Shown in pieces: positions 37,001 through 50,190 of a stretch of DNA of 64,000 nucleotides (positions are counted from its first letter, which is position 1; each line of letters begins with the position of its first letter). The notes below the pieces were generated by a model. That model was given only the letters and a program-made list of their open reading frames with translations, did not search any database and was not told the DNA's origin. The stretch lies in NCBI RefSeq assembly GCF_006345805.1, contig NC_042997.1:115010001-115074000 (forward strand), in the 5' to 3' direction. The position numbers were made by a program, and so were the translations under genes. This DNA comes from Octopus sinensis (Eukaryota).

Positions 37001-37093
37001 AGAGTACTTATATATATGTTTGTGTTGTACGTATATGCGTATGTGTATGTATGTTTATATATATATGCATGTATATATATGCATGTATATATG

Positions 37094-37140
<47 letters not shown>

Positions 37141-37193
37141 GTATATGTATTATGTATATGTTAGATATACATATATATATATATGTTTATGTA

Positions 37194-37236
<43 letters not shown>

Positions 37237-37564
37237 TACACATACACACTATATGCACAGGTATGTATTACACCTTTTTAAATTGTTTTATTGCTGTCTT
37301 ACTTTCGTCCATTCTGTTGTCGTTTTTTCTCTATAACACACACATACGCACACACACACACACACACATGCACACATAAAGGTAGTGATTCAGATTGCAT
37401 AATTAGGCTTGACGTCACAGTTCGTCTTGGATTTCTTGTAGCCACTCATGGCACCATGGACCGTGTCCTGGGTGAAGAATTCGAAGTTTAAGTTCGAATT
37501 CATTTGAGCACTACTATGTTTTTATTGCTATGCATATTTAGCTCTCACCTATTGCGTGCATATA

Positions 37565-37608
<44 letters not shown>

Positions 37609-38863
37609 GTATGGCGTATATAGATAGATAGATAGATAGATAGATACATACATACATACATATATAAATATATATATATGTGTGTATGTATATATATATA
37701 TGTGTGTGTATATATATATATACACACACACGTAATTATATATACGTAAACATATATACATATATATGTGTGTGTGTGTTTGTGTGTCTGTGTACAAACA
37801 CAAACATAGGTATACGCATATTTACATATATGTATAATGTGTGTGTGTGCGTGTGTTCGTGTTCGGTGAACAAACCAAAGAAAAAAAAAGCAGACGAAAG
37901 GCGGAACAGGAGTTAAACTAAAGCGGGTGGGTGTAGAAAGAGGAGAAGAATGGTGGATAGAAAACAACAAGAAAAAGAAAACTGGAAGACAATAAGAAAG
38001 AATTTTGATTATAAAGTAAAGACAAGAAAGGGAAAAGAGACTAAAAAAGGGGGGAAAATATTTGAAGACGGCAAAAGAGAGAAAATTCGAAAAGAAGGAG
38101 AAAGAACGAAGAACTGATTGGAGTGAAAAAAGAAAAAAATGTAAGGTGAGACAAGAGGAGAGTTTGGAAGAGAAAGAAGTGTGTGAATCCAAACAAGCCA
38201 GCGAGAAATTTCCGGAACAGTGGCAGACGATATGAAGTGAGGCATAAAGAGCAAACGGGATTCTGTTTATTTCCATGTTGAACAGAGAAACGGAAGAGGC
38301 AGACGATTTCTGTAGCGTGATATCCCATATGAAAGGAAATTAAAAAGCAGCGCCATAACACATGCATTTATTATAACACAACCGTCGTTTGCTTCAAAGT
38401 GTAACCACCACCACCACAACCACCACCACTATTATCACCAGAGCCACTAACACCACCACTATTATCACCACAGCCACTACCACCACCACCACCACCACCA
38501 CCACCACCACCACAGTGTCACCACTGCCACGATAACTACCATCACTACAACCACCAAAACGTCATTACTGCCAGCACTACCATTATCACTACTTCAACCA
38601 CCACCACCACCACCACCACCACCATCACCATCACCATTGACCCCCGCCGTCATCTCCTCCCCCGCCACCGCTCCTGTCGCCATCGCTCCTGCCTCCATAG
38701 CTTCTGCCGCCATCACCCCGCCGCCATCGCTCCCGCCGCCATCAACCCCGCTGCCATCACCTCTGCCACTATCGCCCCCGCCGCCATCGCAACCCCGCCG
38801 CCGCAACCACCACCACCACCACACCACCACCACCACCACCACACCACCACCACCACCACCACC

Positions 38864-38897
<34 letters not shown>

Positions 38898-39443
38898 CCA
38901 CCACTGTCACCATCACCACCATCACGACATCACTAAGCAGCATTTTCTACCACCACCATCGTCAATAGCCGATCTCCTTTACACTTCCTCATCATTTTCA
39001 CAACGACGACAACACAACGACGTCGATCCGCGCCACCATCACCATCACCACCACCACCACCACCACCATGGTAAATGGTAAAGGATTGTGGTCAGCGGAT
39101 ATAAATATAGCAATGGCAGCGATGTTGGTGTGAACGGACATTAGTAGAGTGTCGTAGTGGTTATTACAGCTGGTTGTAGTGACCAGATATTACGGTCTGT
39201 GGTTGCGATGGTCACTATGTGAGCGATGTACATGGCGGTAATGCTCATGGTGGCCACTGTTGGTAGGAAGAAGGTTATGTTCGGAAGCCAGACCCAAACA
39301 CATAACCACAACCACCATCTTATATTCGGTTTTATATCAAATCTGTCCTCCCTTTTGAAAGATTTTGTGTGTGTGTGCGCTCGCGCTCCAGATTGATTTT
39401 AGCTGAGGGAAAGTACATAAGAGTATATATCCATATATATACA

Positions 39444-39519
<76 letters not shown>

Positions 39520-40347
39520 GTGTGCATATATACATACGTATATGTACATACTTACATATATATTTTATACATATGCATTTGTGGGCAAAAGATGTCACAG
39601 AACGTAAACAACATAAAATACGAATACATGAAATACGAAATACGAATACATGGAATATGAACTTTTTTGCGAACAGCGAAAGAAACAAATGGAAAACAAG
39701 ACAAGCAACATAACGAACATTCATCAATTGTCGGCTGTTTTTCTAATCCGTATTTCGAGCAATTCACGATAAGATACGCCTTCAATATAACAATTGCTCC
39801 AGCAAAGTAAATTAAATAAAATTTGGGGTTTTGCGGGGGGTCAAAATTAGTAACAAAAACAGGACAGTGGAAACAAACAGAAAGGGCTGCTAAGCCTAAA
39901 CGAGGTGAGGTGGTGAACGCGGAAGAGCAAGCTTGGATAGGAGACAGACAAGAATGCGTCTGCTTCCTCCAGCTGAATCAGAAGGAAAGAAAGAAACATA
40001 AGTTCGGAAAAGAAAGAAAGATGGCCGAAGGTCACGTGGGAGCAACGAGAGAGCAAAGGAGGAAGAGTGAGGGAGAGAGAGTGACAGACAGAGATCGGTG
40101 AAGAGGTGAGGAGAAGAATTAGAGAAAGGATAAGTGAGAGAAAACGAGAGGGGGAGAAGGGGAGATAAAAAGAATTAGGGAAAGGAAGAGAGAAAATGAA
40201 AGTGTAATAGAATAATAGAATAGAATAGAAGTGTCGCATCGGTTACATTGTTCAATTAAATGGAGTCGCTTGAAATGATCGTACTGTATTACCTCTGGAT
40301 ATCCTGTTGCTTATTTTGATATCTATCTATTATCTATCTATCTATCC

Positions 40348-40439
<92 letters not shown>

Positions 40440-40444
40440 GTCTA

Positions 40445-40541
<97 letters not shown>

Positions 40542-40668
40542 ATGCATAATACAGTGAGCCACACGACATATGTCAAAGTGATCGCAAAGCAACGCGAAAT
40601 GAAGCGTTTTGCTCAAGGATAGAACGCTAACCGTTTTGGAAATCGAAAGCATGGTCATACGATATTAC

Positions 40669-40723
<55 letters not shown>

Positions 40724-40732
40724 TATATATAT

Positions 40733-40774
<42 letters not shown>

Positions 40775-40789
40775 TAGATATATATTTTA

Positions 40790-41928
40790 TAGGGGAGAAT
40801 TCACAAAAAAAATACAAGACGAAGACAGGTGGCTTAGACAACAAACAGATGTATTAGTTTAACGCTCGAGAAGTGAAAAAGGCTTTAACGTTTCGAGCCT
40901 ACGCTCTTCCACAGAAAGGAACACAGAAAGAAAATAAAGAATGTGTAGTGGCTAGCGATCTATCATGGCGAATGCCGGACAGAGGGTCACACAGGAGAGC
41001 TAGGAAGAAGGGGAGGTAATAAAGTAGTGGTGATCCCTAAACGAAGGTGTGCGTGGCTGTGTATAAGAGAGTGTGTATGTGCGTGCGGATGAGGGCTGGT
41101 GACCTTGACGTGTGCGTGTGTGTATGTGTAGGTCTGTGGATGTGGGGTTGGGAAGTGATCAGTGCTAGTGTGTGCGTGGTGGTGTACTGTGATGTGGTGT
41201 GGTGTTGTGTGGTATGGTGGTGTATGGTGTAGTGGTGTGAGTGGGGAAAGCAAGGTTGGGATGTGGGTTAAGCTGTGGGTGGGGATAGAGGTGGGGTATG
41301 TGGGTAGGCTGAGGGTGGAGTATGTGGGAGTGGGTGTAAGGGATGGGGTGGGGTGCGATGGAATAGAGAAGGTAGAGTTAGATTGTGAAGGGGTGGGGTT
41401 AAGAGGTAGGGGCGACGATGAAGGGGAGGGGAATGGAGAAGGTGGGTACGCCTGAAGAGAAGAGAAAAGGAGAGTAGGAGTGAAGAGAAGACGTAGGAGT
41501 CGGAGTAAGAGATGGTGGGAGGAAGCAGGTGAGAGATCGAGAGAGGTGAGGGGAAGAGGTTAGAGGAAGAGGGGAGGAGAGTCGAACCCATGTGACGCAA
41601 AGGAGCGAAGAGAGAATATTAATCCCTGTTCACGGCGCAAACGGGAGTCCGATCACAGATAGGTGTTGCAAAGAGTGACCGGTAGAGCGGAAATGGCGCG
41701 AGACCGGAGTGTCATTGCAGAGTCGGATGTCTCGGAGGTGTTCTGCGAACCGGTCAGCCAAGCGGCGTCTCATTTTCCCGATGTATAGAGAAGGGCAGAG
41801 AGAGCAGGAGATGCAGTAAATGATATTGGTAGAAGTGCAGGTGAAAGAGTCGATGATATGATAGGGTCGATGATGGGTGCCGGTGAGGAGGGTGGTGTTG
41901 AAGAGGTAAGGGCAAGTGCGGCAGCGAT
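40790..41928 (-). mobile_element. 5'-truncated Penelope-like element: GIY-YIG domain, 3' region and pLTR
   Basis: 41630-41928 reads CRTCPY..FTCTSTNIIYCISCSLCPSLYIG.MRRRLADRFAEHLRDI..TPVSRHF..GH (Neptune-like GIY-YIG), with a frameshifted tail EQGLIFSLRSFASHG. A hammerhead-like motif lies at 40883-40918 and both ends are in (TA)n. Confidence 0.85.
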
Positions 41929-42124
41929 ACATATATATATATATATATATTACGCTACTATAAGCATTTTTCTGCCAGACGGTTACGTGAATCGTGCGCT
42001 CATATTACAGAGGCCTGCGTGTAGAAAATAGCAGTATCGGTCGAGTCTACTAAACGTATTGAGTACTACTTTCATTTTCTATACATAAAGGAAACACGTA
42101 TGTGTGTGTGCGTATTTGTATACA

Positions 42125-42199
<75 letters not shown>

Positions 42200-44280
42200 A
42201 TGATATTTTGTTCGGTCACACTGAAGTTATGCTCGGAACAAAACAAAACAAAAACCAAAAAGAAAAATGTCCTTTAGTCTTAGGCGCAGGAGTGGCTGTG
42301 TGGTTCCGGGTTCAGTCCCACTGCGTGGCATCTTGGGCCGACCAAAGACTTGTGAGTGGATTTGGTAGACGGAAACTGAAAGAAGCCCGTCGTGTATATA
42401 TATATGTATATATTTGTGTGTGTATCTGTGTTTGTCCCTTTCATCATCGCTTGACAACCGATGCTGGTGTGTTAGCGGTTCGGCAAAAGAGACCGATAGA
42501 ATAAGTACTAGCTTTACAAAGAATAAGTCCTGGCGTAGATTTGTTCGACTAAAAGGCGTTACTCCAGCATGGCCGCAGTCAAGTTGACTGAAACTAGTAA
42601 AAGAATGAATGAGCAAAAGAATGTAAAATTAATCTATTGTGGCACTCCGTCGGTTGCGACGACGAGTTCCAGTTGATCCGATCAATGAAGCAACCTGCTC
42701 GTGAAATTAACGTGCAAGTGGCTGAGCACTCTACAGACACGTGTACCCTTAACGTAGTTCTCAGGGAGATTCAGCGTGGCACAGAGTGTGACAAGGCTGG
42801 CCAATTGAAATACTGGTACAACAGAAACAGGAAGAAAGAGTGAGAGAAAGTTGTGGTGAAAGAGTACAGCAGGATTCGTCACTACCCTCTACCGGAGCCT
42901 CGTGGAGCTGTAGGTGTTTTCGCTCAATAAACACTCACAACGCCCTGTCTGGGAATCGAAACCGCGATCCTATGACCGCGAGTCCGCTGCCCAAACCACT
43001 AGGCTATTGCGCCTGCACAGTCTTAATCTATAATCGCAGGGAGAAGTAATAAGTTGTATTGTCATCACTGCCACCACCCTCAAGAGATGCACAAGCACAC
43101 ACAAACACACAGACGCATTCACACACACTCGCACACACACATGTACACTCAGCGAAGGGACATTAACACTTCTACACACGGTATATCGCCTCCAACCGTC
43201 AGATGTACGGAAACAGGCACGTGTCGATGTGTTTAACCAAGCATATCTATGGCAACGCGTGCGCAGGTGCGTGGCCTAGTGGTTAGGGCATTCAACTCGC
43301 GATTATAAGGTCGTGAGTTCAATTCCCCGCGACGCGTTGTGTCCTTGAGCAAGACACTTTATTTCCCATTGCTCCAGTCCATTCAGCTGGCAAAAACGAG
43401 TTGTACCTGTATTTCAAAGGCACCAGCCTTGTCACCAATTTGTGTCACGCTGAGTCTCTCTGAGAACTGTGTTAAGCGTACACGTGTTTGTGGAGTGCTC
43501 AGCCACTTGCACGTTAATTTCACGAGCAGGCTGTTTTGTTGATCGTATCAGCTGGGACCCTCGTCGTCGTAACCGACAGTGCGATCCTACTTATGTCGAG
43601 GAGGGCGTAGGTGCCTAACATTTACTGTGTCCTCTGTAAGTGGTGTTTCTGGTCTTCGTTATTGTTGTTGTTGCTATGATGGTGATGGTGGTGGTGGTGG
43701 CGGCGGCGGTTTTGGTATAACTGGTATTTCGTTCCACTTGTGTCAGTCAGTGCGCTGCGGGCACGCTGGAGCACCGTCTTGAAGGATTTGTTTAGTCGAA
43801 TGAGTGGGCCCCCATCCAGTGCTGGTTTTTTTTCTTTTAAGCAAGGTACTTGTTCTATCAGTCTCGTTTTGCTGAACCGCAATGTTACGGGGACGTAAAT
43901 ACACCAACACCAATTGTCGAGCTGTGATGGGGGACAAACACACAAATACACACACTCACACACACGACGGGCTTCTTTCAGCTTCCGTCAACCAATTCCA
44001 CTCACAAGGCTTTGGTCTCCCGAGGCTAAAATGCAAGATATTCGCCTAAAGTGCTCCGCTGTGGGACTGAACCCCGGAACCATGTGGTTTGGAAGCAAAC
44101 CTCTTACAACACAGCCACACCTTTTGTTAGTGTTATTGTTGTTGATGTTGATGGTGGTCATTACATCGTTGACGAAGTTACTCGTGATGATGAAGGTGAT
44201 AATTGTGATAATGGTGATGATGGTGGTGGTGGTGGTTGCGATAGGAATACTGGTGCTTGTTATGATGTTGTTGTTGTTAT

Positions 44281-44578
44281 TGGTGGTGGTCATGGTTGTA
44301 CTCGTTATTGTTGTCGTAGCGCTGATAGTATATGGCGTTTGTGCTTGTGATAGTTGTACTGGAACTTGTTTGCTGGTAGTGGTGTTTGTTGTTGTTGCTT
44401 TGGTGCTTTTGTTGTAAGTGGTGGTGGTCATGGTTGTACTCGTTATTGTTGTCGTAGCGCTGATAGTATATGGCGTTTGTGCTTGTGATAGTTGTACTGG
44501 AACTTGTTTGCTGGTAGTGGTGTTTGTTGTGGTTGCTTTGGTGCTTTTGTTGTTAGTGGTGGTGGTCATGGTTGTACT
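44281..44578. repeat. 138 bp tandem duplication (2.15 copies)
   Basis: CATGGTTGTACT recurs at 44291, 44429 and 44567. Confidence 0.9.
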
Positions 44579-44729
44579 AATGCCGTAGTATTCCGTTGCT
44601 CGTTGTTGTTGTTATTGTTGTTATTGCCATGGTGATGTTAGTACTATTGGTGTTGTTATCGTCATGATGCTATTGGTGTTGTTATCGTCATGACTCAAAA
44701 CAGAAGTACTAGAGTCGATTTGTTTGACT

Positions 44730-45414
44730 TGTAACGATGAAAGATGAACGATGCATAAAGTTTAAGGAAATATTTATTTTTACCAGTTACATTATACAAT
44801 ACCTTCCCTCGACGGGTAGGTGATAAAATCCTAGAGCACGCGAAGTAAAGTTAGATGTGGTAGATTTTCCTCGTATAGTTTTGTGTACACGTTTTCTTAG
44901 CAGTAATCCACGGATAGCGATAGAATGATGCTAGTAAAAATGAGAGAGAGAGGAAAGTTGTCTCAAAATATCGCTGACTATAAACTTCCTTTCTTTTTCC
45001 CTCTAGCCGTTTGTCTGCCTGCTTGTGGCCATGATTCTAGTGGTCGGTTCACTAACTGATCTTAGCTCTCTCTTAACTCACGAGTTGTCACTGAGTTGTC
45101 ACCAAGTGACTAACTGATTTTTGCTTGGGAGTTCTTGTTTTTATAACTATCCAGAAAGATAGACATATAATTGAGAACAACAGATTTAGTTGGTGGTCTT
45201 GTTATCTTAATTCTAGCTTTTGATGAAATAGAAGAGATTAGAAATGTCAAGTGGTGAAGACATTATTTCGGCCTAGCTAAGGCAATCTGGCAAATGTATC
45301 ATAAACTGTCACAGAAAAACTATTGTTGCACCATGAGAAAAGTTCTGTTAAAGTGTTAATTTAAATTTGGCTATGGTAGATCGAATCTACTTCATACCTG
45401 TAAGATCCACTACA
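44730..45414. mobile_element. Solo LTR (685 bp), TGT...ACA, 4 bp TSD GACT
   Basis: GACT|TGTAACG...CACTACA|GACT interrupts a SINE B tail. A related end fragment lies at 54661-54763. Confidence 0.75.
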
Positions 45415-45422
45415 GACTAAAC

Positions 45423-46785
45423 CAGTGCTTCTCGACTGTTTTCCCTATGGATCTCTTTCGATCCATATTTTACTTTCCTGGATCCTAGTAGCCATTCGAT
45501 GTATAAAAAATATCTTACTGTATTTTTCCAATAGTCGAGTAATAGTCGAATTAATGTACAAGTCGACCCCTATTTTTGGCCAAGAAACTGGGAATTTTTC
45601 AGAGACCCTGTATAAAAGTCGACCCTAGTATTTCACGAACAACAGGACATCTGTGGGTCAAGGTGCCGTAGAAAAACAGTGTTACAAAATTGTGTGGCTA
45701 CCTTACTGTCGTCTGCTCTATAGGTGGAATGTTTGGTGCCTAGAAACGGCGAGCTGGCAGAAACGTTAGCACGCTGGGCGAAATGCTTAGCGGTATTTCG
45801 TCTGCTGTTACGTTCTGAGTTCAAATTCCGCCGAGGTCGACTTTGCTTTTCATATTTTCGGGGTCGATTAAATAAGTATCAGTTACGCACTGGGGTCGAT
45901 ATAATCGACTTAATCCGTTTGTCTGTCCTTGTTCGTCCCTTCTATGTTTAGCCCCCTGTGGGCAATAAAGACATATATAATGGAATGCTCGGTCCTTATA
46001 GCAAAACACCATTTAATAGCGAGCACTACACATCTGTTGATGGGTGCTACATCACCATTCCTAAAGTGTATGCATCTGCAAGCACAATAAACACATACAT
46101 CATACACTCGTTTACATGGTGAGAAACGCGTTTCACAGACACCACTATTGGTAAATACCGTTTCACAGACACCACTATTGGTAAATACTATTGGTAAACG
46201 CCACACTGAATTCGTACAAAGGCAGGACTTTGGTAAGCCTAAGACCAGTGGTTCCCATGTGACATTTATATTTTCCTCATTTCCAAATACAATAAGCACA
46301 TGCATCATACGTTTGTCTGTTTATATGGAGAGAAACGTGTTTCACAGACAGCACTGTTGGCGAACAACAAGAGCTACGCGGTCTTGTTTATGGGTTTTGT
46401 TATTTACTAGAGCGTGTGTTTTGATGTAGAGAATTGCTAATATTACAGTAATTCATTGTGTTTTTGTTTTTATTCGCTTAGAGATCAGTTGGGCTTCTGC
46501 TGCTGAAACGGTACTTCGGATCTTAGTTTGAATTTCAGCCCCTCAAAAGTAGCATCCATGTAATAGACGACCCCATAAATTTGTCATTACAAAATGGTCT
46601 AAAAGAATTCGATTTTTACATGACTATATACGTTAAATATTATAAGAAATTGTATTTAAAAATTGTTAAAATATTTGGTGCATCATAGAAGTATGACCAA
46701 TTTATTGTACATAAAGTTTAATAAAACCTTATATAGACACCTCAAGGGCTCCAAAGGTCATATGAACCCTAGTTGAGAACCACTG
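45423..46785. mobile_element. Non-autonomous hAT element containing a pogo/Tigger-like MITE (~45519-46633) and a SINE A
   Basis: TIRs CAGTGCTTCTCGAC / GTTGAGAACCACTG; 8 bp TSD GACTAAAC / GACTAAGC. Confidence 0.75.
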
Positions 46786-47025
46786 GACTAAGCCACAGCC
46801 CATCGATTGAACCAAGTAAAAAGTAAAAGATATTTCATTTCTTCAATAATAAATTCCCTTCTTAACATGTGAAACATATTAAGACTCATTTGTGCTTCAT
46901 GGATTCGTGGTGAGAAATTAAGAGAACTGAATAGCAGAAGGCCTTCAGAGAGAAAAAAACCCCTTTCTCAGGCAAGTGTTTCAGCTCTTATCTTCTTACA
47001 TTGTAAGAAGGACGGGCCGCATGCA

Positions 47026-47271
47026 GGTTATGGAGAATTAGCCCGAAGATTTAGGAAAGCTCTCAAGGAAGGCAAACTCAACGTTAAAATCGTTGAAAAG
47101 CTAGGGAGCTCCATCAGATCAGAACTATGTAGGACGTACCCCTTTGAGAACTGCATGGTATGTAGGATTAGCTCTGGCATTAACTGTAGAACTAGAAATG
47201 TAGTCTACAGCATAAGGTGTATGGAGGGTGCTTGTAAACAGATAGATAGGTACATAGGTATTACGGATAGA
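47026..47271 (+). pseudogene. Penelope-like linker plus GIY-YIG fragment of a second, divergent lineage (not in the ORF track)
   Basis: Open frame GYGELARRFRKALKEGKLNVKIVEKLGSSIRSELCRTYPFENCMVCRISSGINCRTRNVVYSIRCMEGACKQIDRYIGITDR, which has CxxC, NVVY.I.C and YIG.T.R. Confidence 0.75.
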
Positions 47272-47720
47272 CAAGCACACACACACGCATGCACATACAT
47301 ACACAAATGAAAACTGAAACACATAACCATATATATACACACGCACACTTCACACACACATACAAAGACACATATGGAGACACACATCCATACACAACAG
47401 ACGCACGTACATAGTCACACAAACCCATACACATAGACACACTCAAACATGCACACACGAGGAGACAGAGGTACACACACAAAAACTCGGATAACAGACA
47501 GAGTCAATAGCTATTGAAAAGGTTGTAAGACGCAACGAAAATTTTAGAAAAAAAACCAAACTAAATGAATGGAAATCGAACCGGCGTGTGTGTTAAATAA
47601 TAAGGCACTGAAAGAGAAATACTATCCCCAGACACAATAATACACACACACATACACACACACATACACACATACATACATACATACATACATACATACA
47701 TACATACATACATACATACA

Positions 47721-47753
<33 letters not shown>

Positions 47754-47994
47754 GTTTGTGTGTGTGTGTGTATACATATTTACACATACACATGTGGATG
47801 CAAACGTACATCTACGGAACATTATATACACATACTTTATACTCACAGATCCATGTGTATACATACTTACACGGTCATATATACGCAGACACATGTAAAC
47901 ATGAACATGCATTTAGGGAACATAATATACACAAACCCAAATTAAACAAATGTACATACATGCGTGTGTGTATATATATATATATTATATATAT

Positions 47995-47998
47995 ACAA

Positions 47999-48062
<64 letters not shown>

Positions 48063-48259
48063 TTGTCTGTGTAAGTATGTGTCTGTATGTGTACATATAT
48101 TGTTCTATAAATTTGTTTGTATATACATGTATGCAGGTTTGTATGTATGTATATATATGTCTGTATAAGTAAATATACACATATACCTGTGTGTGTGTGT
48201 GTGTGTCTGTGTATATACAGATATACATATACATACATAATATATACCTATATATATAT

Positions 48260-48291
<32 letters not shown>

Positions 48292-48472
48292 CTTGTCTGT
48301 GTAAGTATGTGTCTGTATGTGTACATATATTGTTCTATAAATTTGTTTGTATATACATGTATGCAGGTTTGTATGTATGTATATATATGTCTGTATAAGT
48401 AAATATACACATATACCTGTGTGTGTGTGTGTCTGTGTATATACAGATATACATATACATACATAATATATA

Positions 48473-48515
<43 letters not shown>
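47995..48515. repeat. 230 bp tandem duplication bounded by (TA)n
   Basis: Identical blocks start at 48061 and 48291. Confidence 0.9.
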
Positions 48516-48518
<3 letters not shown>

Positions 48519-49609
48519 GGTTTTCTGTGATGTGCGAGCGAGCATGAATGGCTGAACAGAAGTGTGAGATTGCACATACGAGTGCGCGCGCGCGTGCTTG
48601 TGCGTGAAATACGCGAGTGTACGTATGTATGTATGTATGTATGTATGTATGTATATACGTATGCATGTATATATGCATGTATGTATACATCTGTATGCAA
48701 TTTTATTTATGTATTCGTGAAAGAGTCTATTGTTTCCTATGTGTTATTTGGTGTTTACCGTTCACAATTATCCCTGCCAGTTGACCCCGTATCTTAGCTG
48801 GCGGCAGGTCGACAATATGTAAAGAAGATTGCGAAGCGAAGGAACCGCTCTTTGCTTCAATGAACAGACGATGATTTTGCTCTGACACTCCAACGCTTGT
48901 CATTTCTTTGTTTGTTGTTGATGGTGGTGGTGGTGCTGAGAGGGAGGAACAGAGAGAGAGAGAGGGAGACAGAGAGAGAAAAAGAGAGAGAGAGTGAGGT
49001 GAGAGAGAATGCATTAATAAAGAGTTAGATGTAGACACGGACCGTCAACTAAACCCAATACGGTACATTATCTTAGGGGTTTGGGGCAGAGTGAGGTGGA
49101 GGTCGGGATTGTGTGAGGGTCGGGGTGGGCTCGATACCAACGGAGCGAAGACCCCAATCCCCAACCCCCAAAAGGGGGGGAGAGTGCCGCATATTTTTTC
49201 TTTTTTTTGCTTTGTTTTCTGTATAACGCTCAGTCAACCATGGAACCGCCAAGCCACGCACATGTAGAACGAAAGTCTGGCTAATTATAATAATAAATGA
49301 CATCATTTTCATAGCTTAATTAATGACTACAAAGCGTGACTCGATGACATCACGTGATAAAACTACGGAAAAAATAGAAAAATTAAAAAAAGAGAAAAAC
49401 GAAAAATGCCCAAACGAAAATAAATACGTTGTGTTAATTAAAGTTTTTTTTTTCGCTATCCTTAAAATTATATCTTGGTTGTGGTGTATTTAATGGAATA
49501 ATGGTTGAGCCCCGATTATTAATTTATAAGGGACAAGTTAAGAATAATTTGATTTGCTTACTGGAGACTTATTCGGATGATATTGTATCGTTCAGATTTC
49601 TGTATCGAT

Positions 49610-50190
49610 TTATTGGTCCGAGGCGAGGTAGAAGTTATTGGAATCATCTGGAACTGAAATTTATTTCTGAATATGGTGGAATGAAGAAGCGACAGAAGCC
49701 AGTTCAAATTGACACCAGTTTGAATAAGTTGAATTGTTGTAGTAATTTGTCCTCGTTTATCACGGATCTGGGATACCACGGATCTGGGATACCACGGTAT
49801 GCTCAGTTATGGACCATGTTATACTTATCATGGATTGATCTGTGGTAAGACGGATGGGCAATTCAAAGAGTCTGTTTCGACAGTAAAAGCGCGCCCCCTT
49901 CGACAATCCACAATGCTCAGAACAACTTGGAGCCTTTAATATGATATTGAAATCATTATCGATCTATTGATCCGAGGCGGGATAGAAGTTTTTGGACTTA
50001 AGATCATCTGCCACTCAAATTTATTTCTGAATATGGTGGAATGACGAAGTTACAGAAACCAATTAAAATTGACAACAGTTTGAATAAGTTAACGCGTTGC
50101 AGTACATCTGTCCTCGTTTATCACGGACTCATTTATCTCGGATCTGGGATAACACGGTACGCACAACTGCGAACCATGTTACACTTATCA
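49610..50190. repeat. Diverged ~220 bp direct duplication
   Basis: 49610-49830 resembles 49965-50190 (AAATTTATTTCTGAATATGGTGGAATGA..CAGTTTGAATAAGTT..GGATCTGGGATA). Confidence 0.85.
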
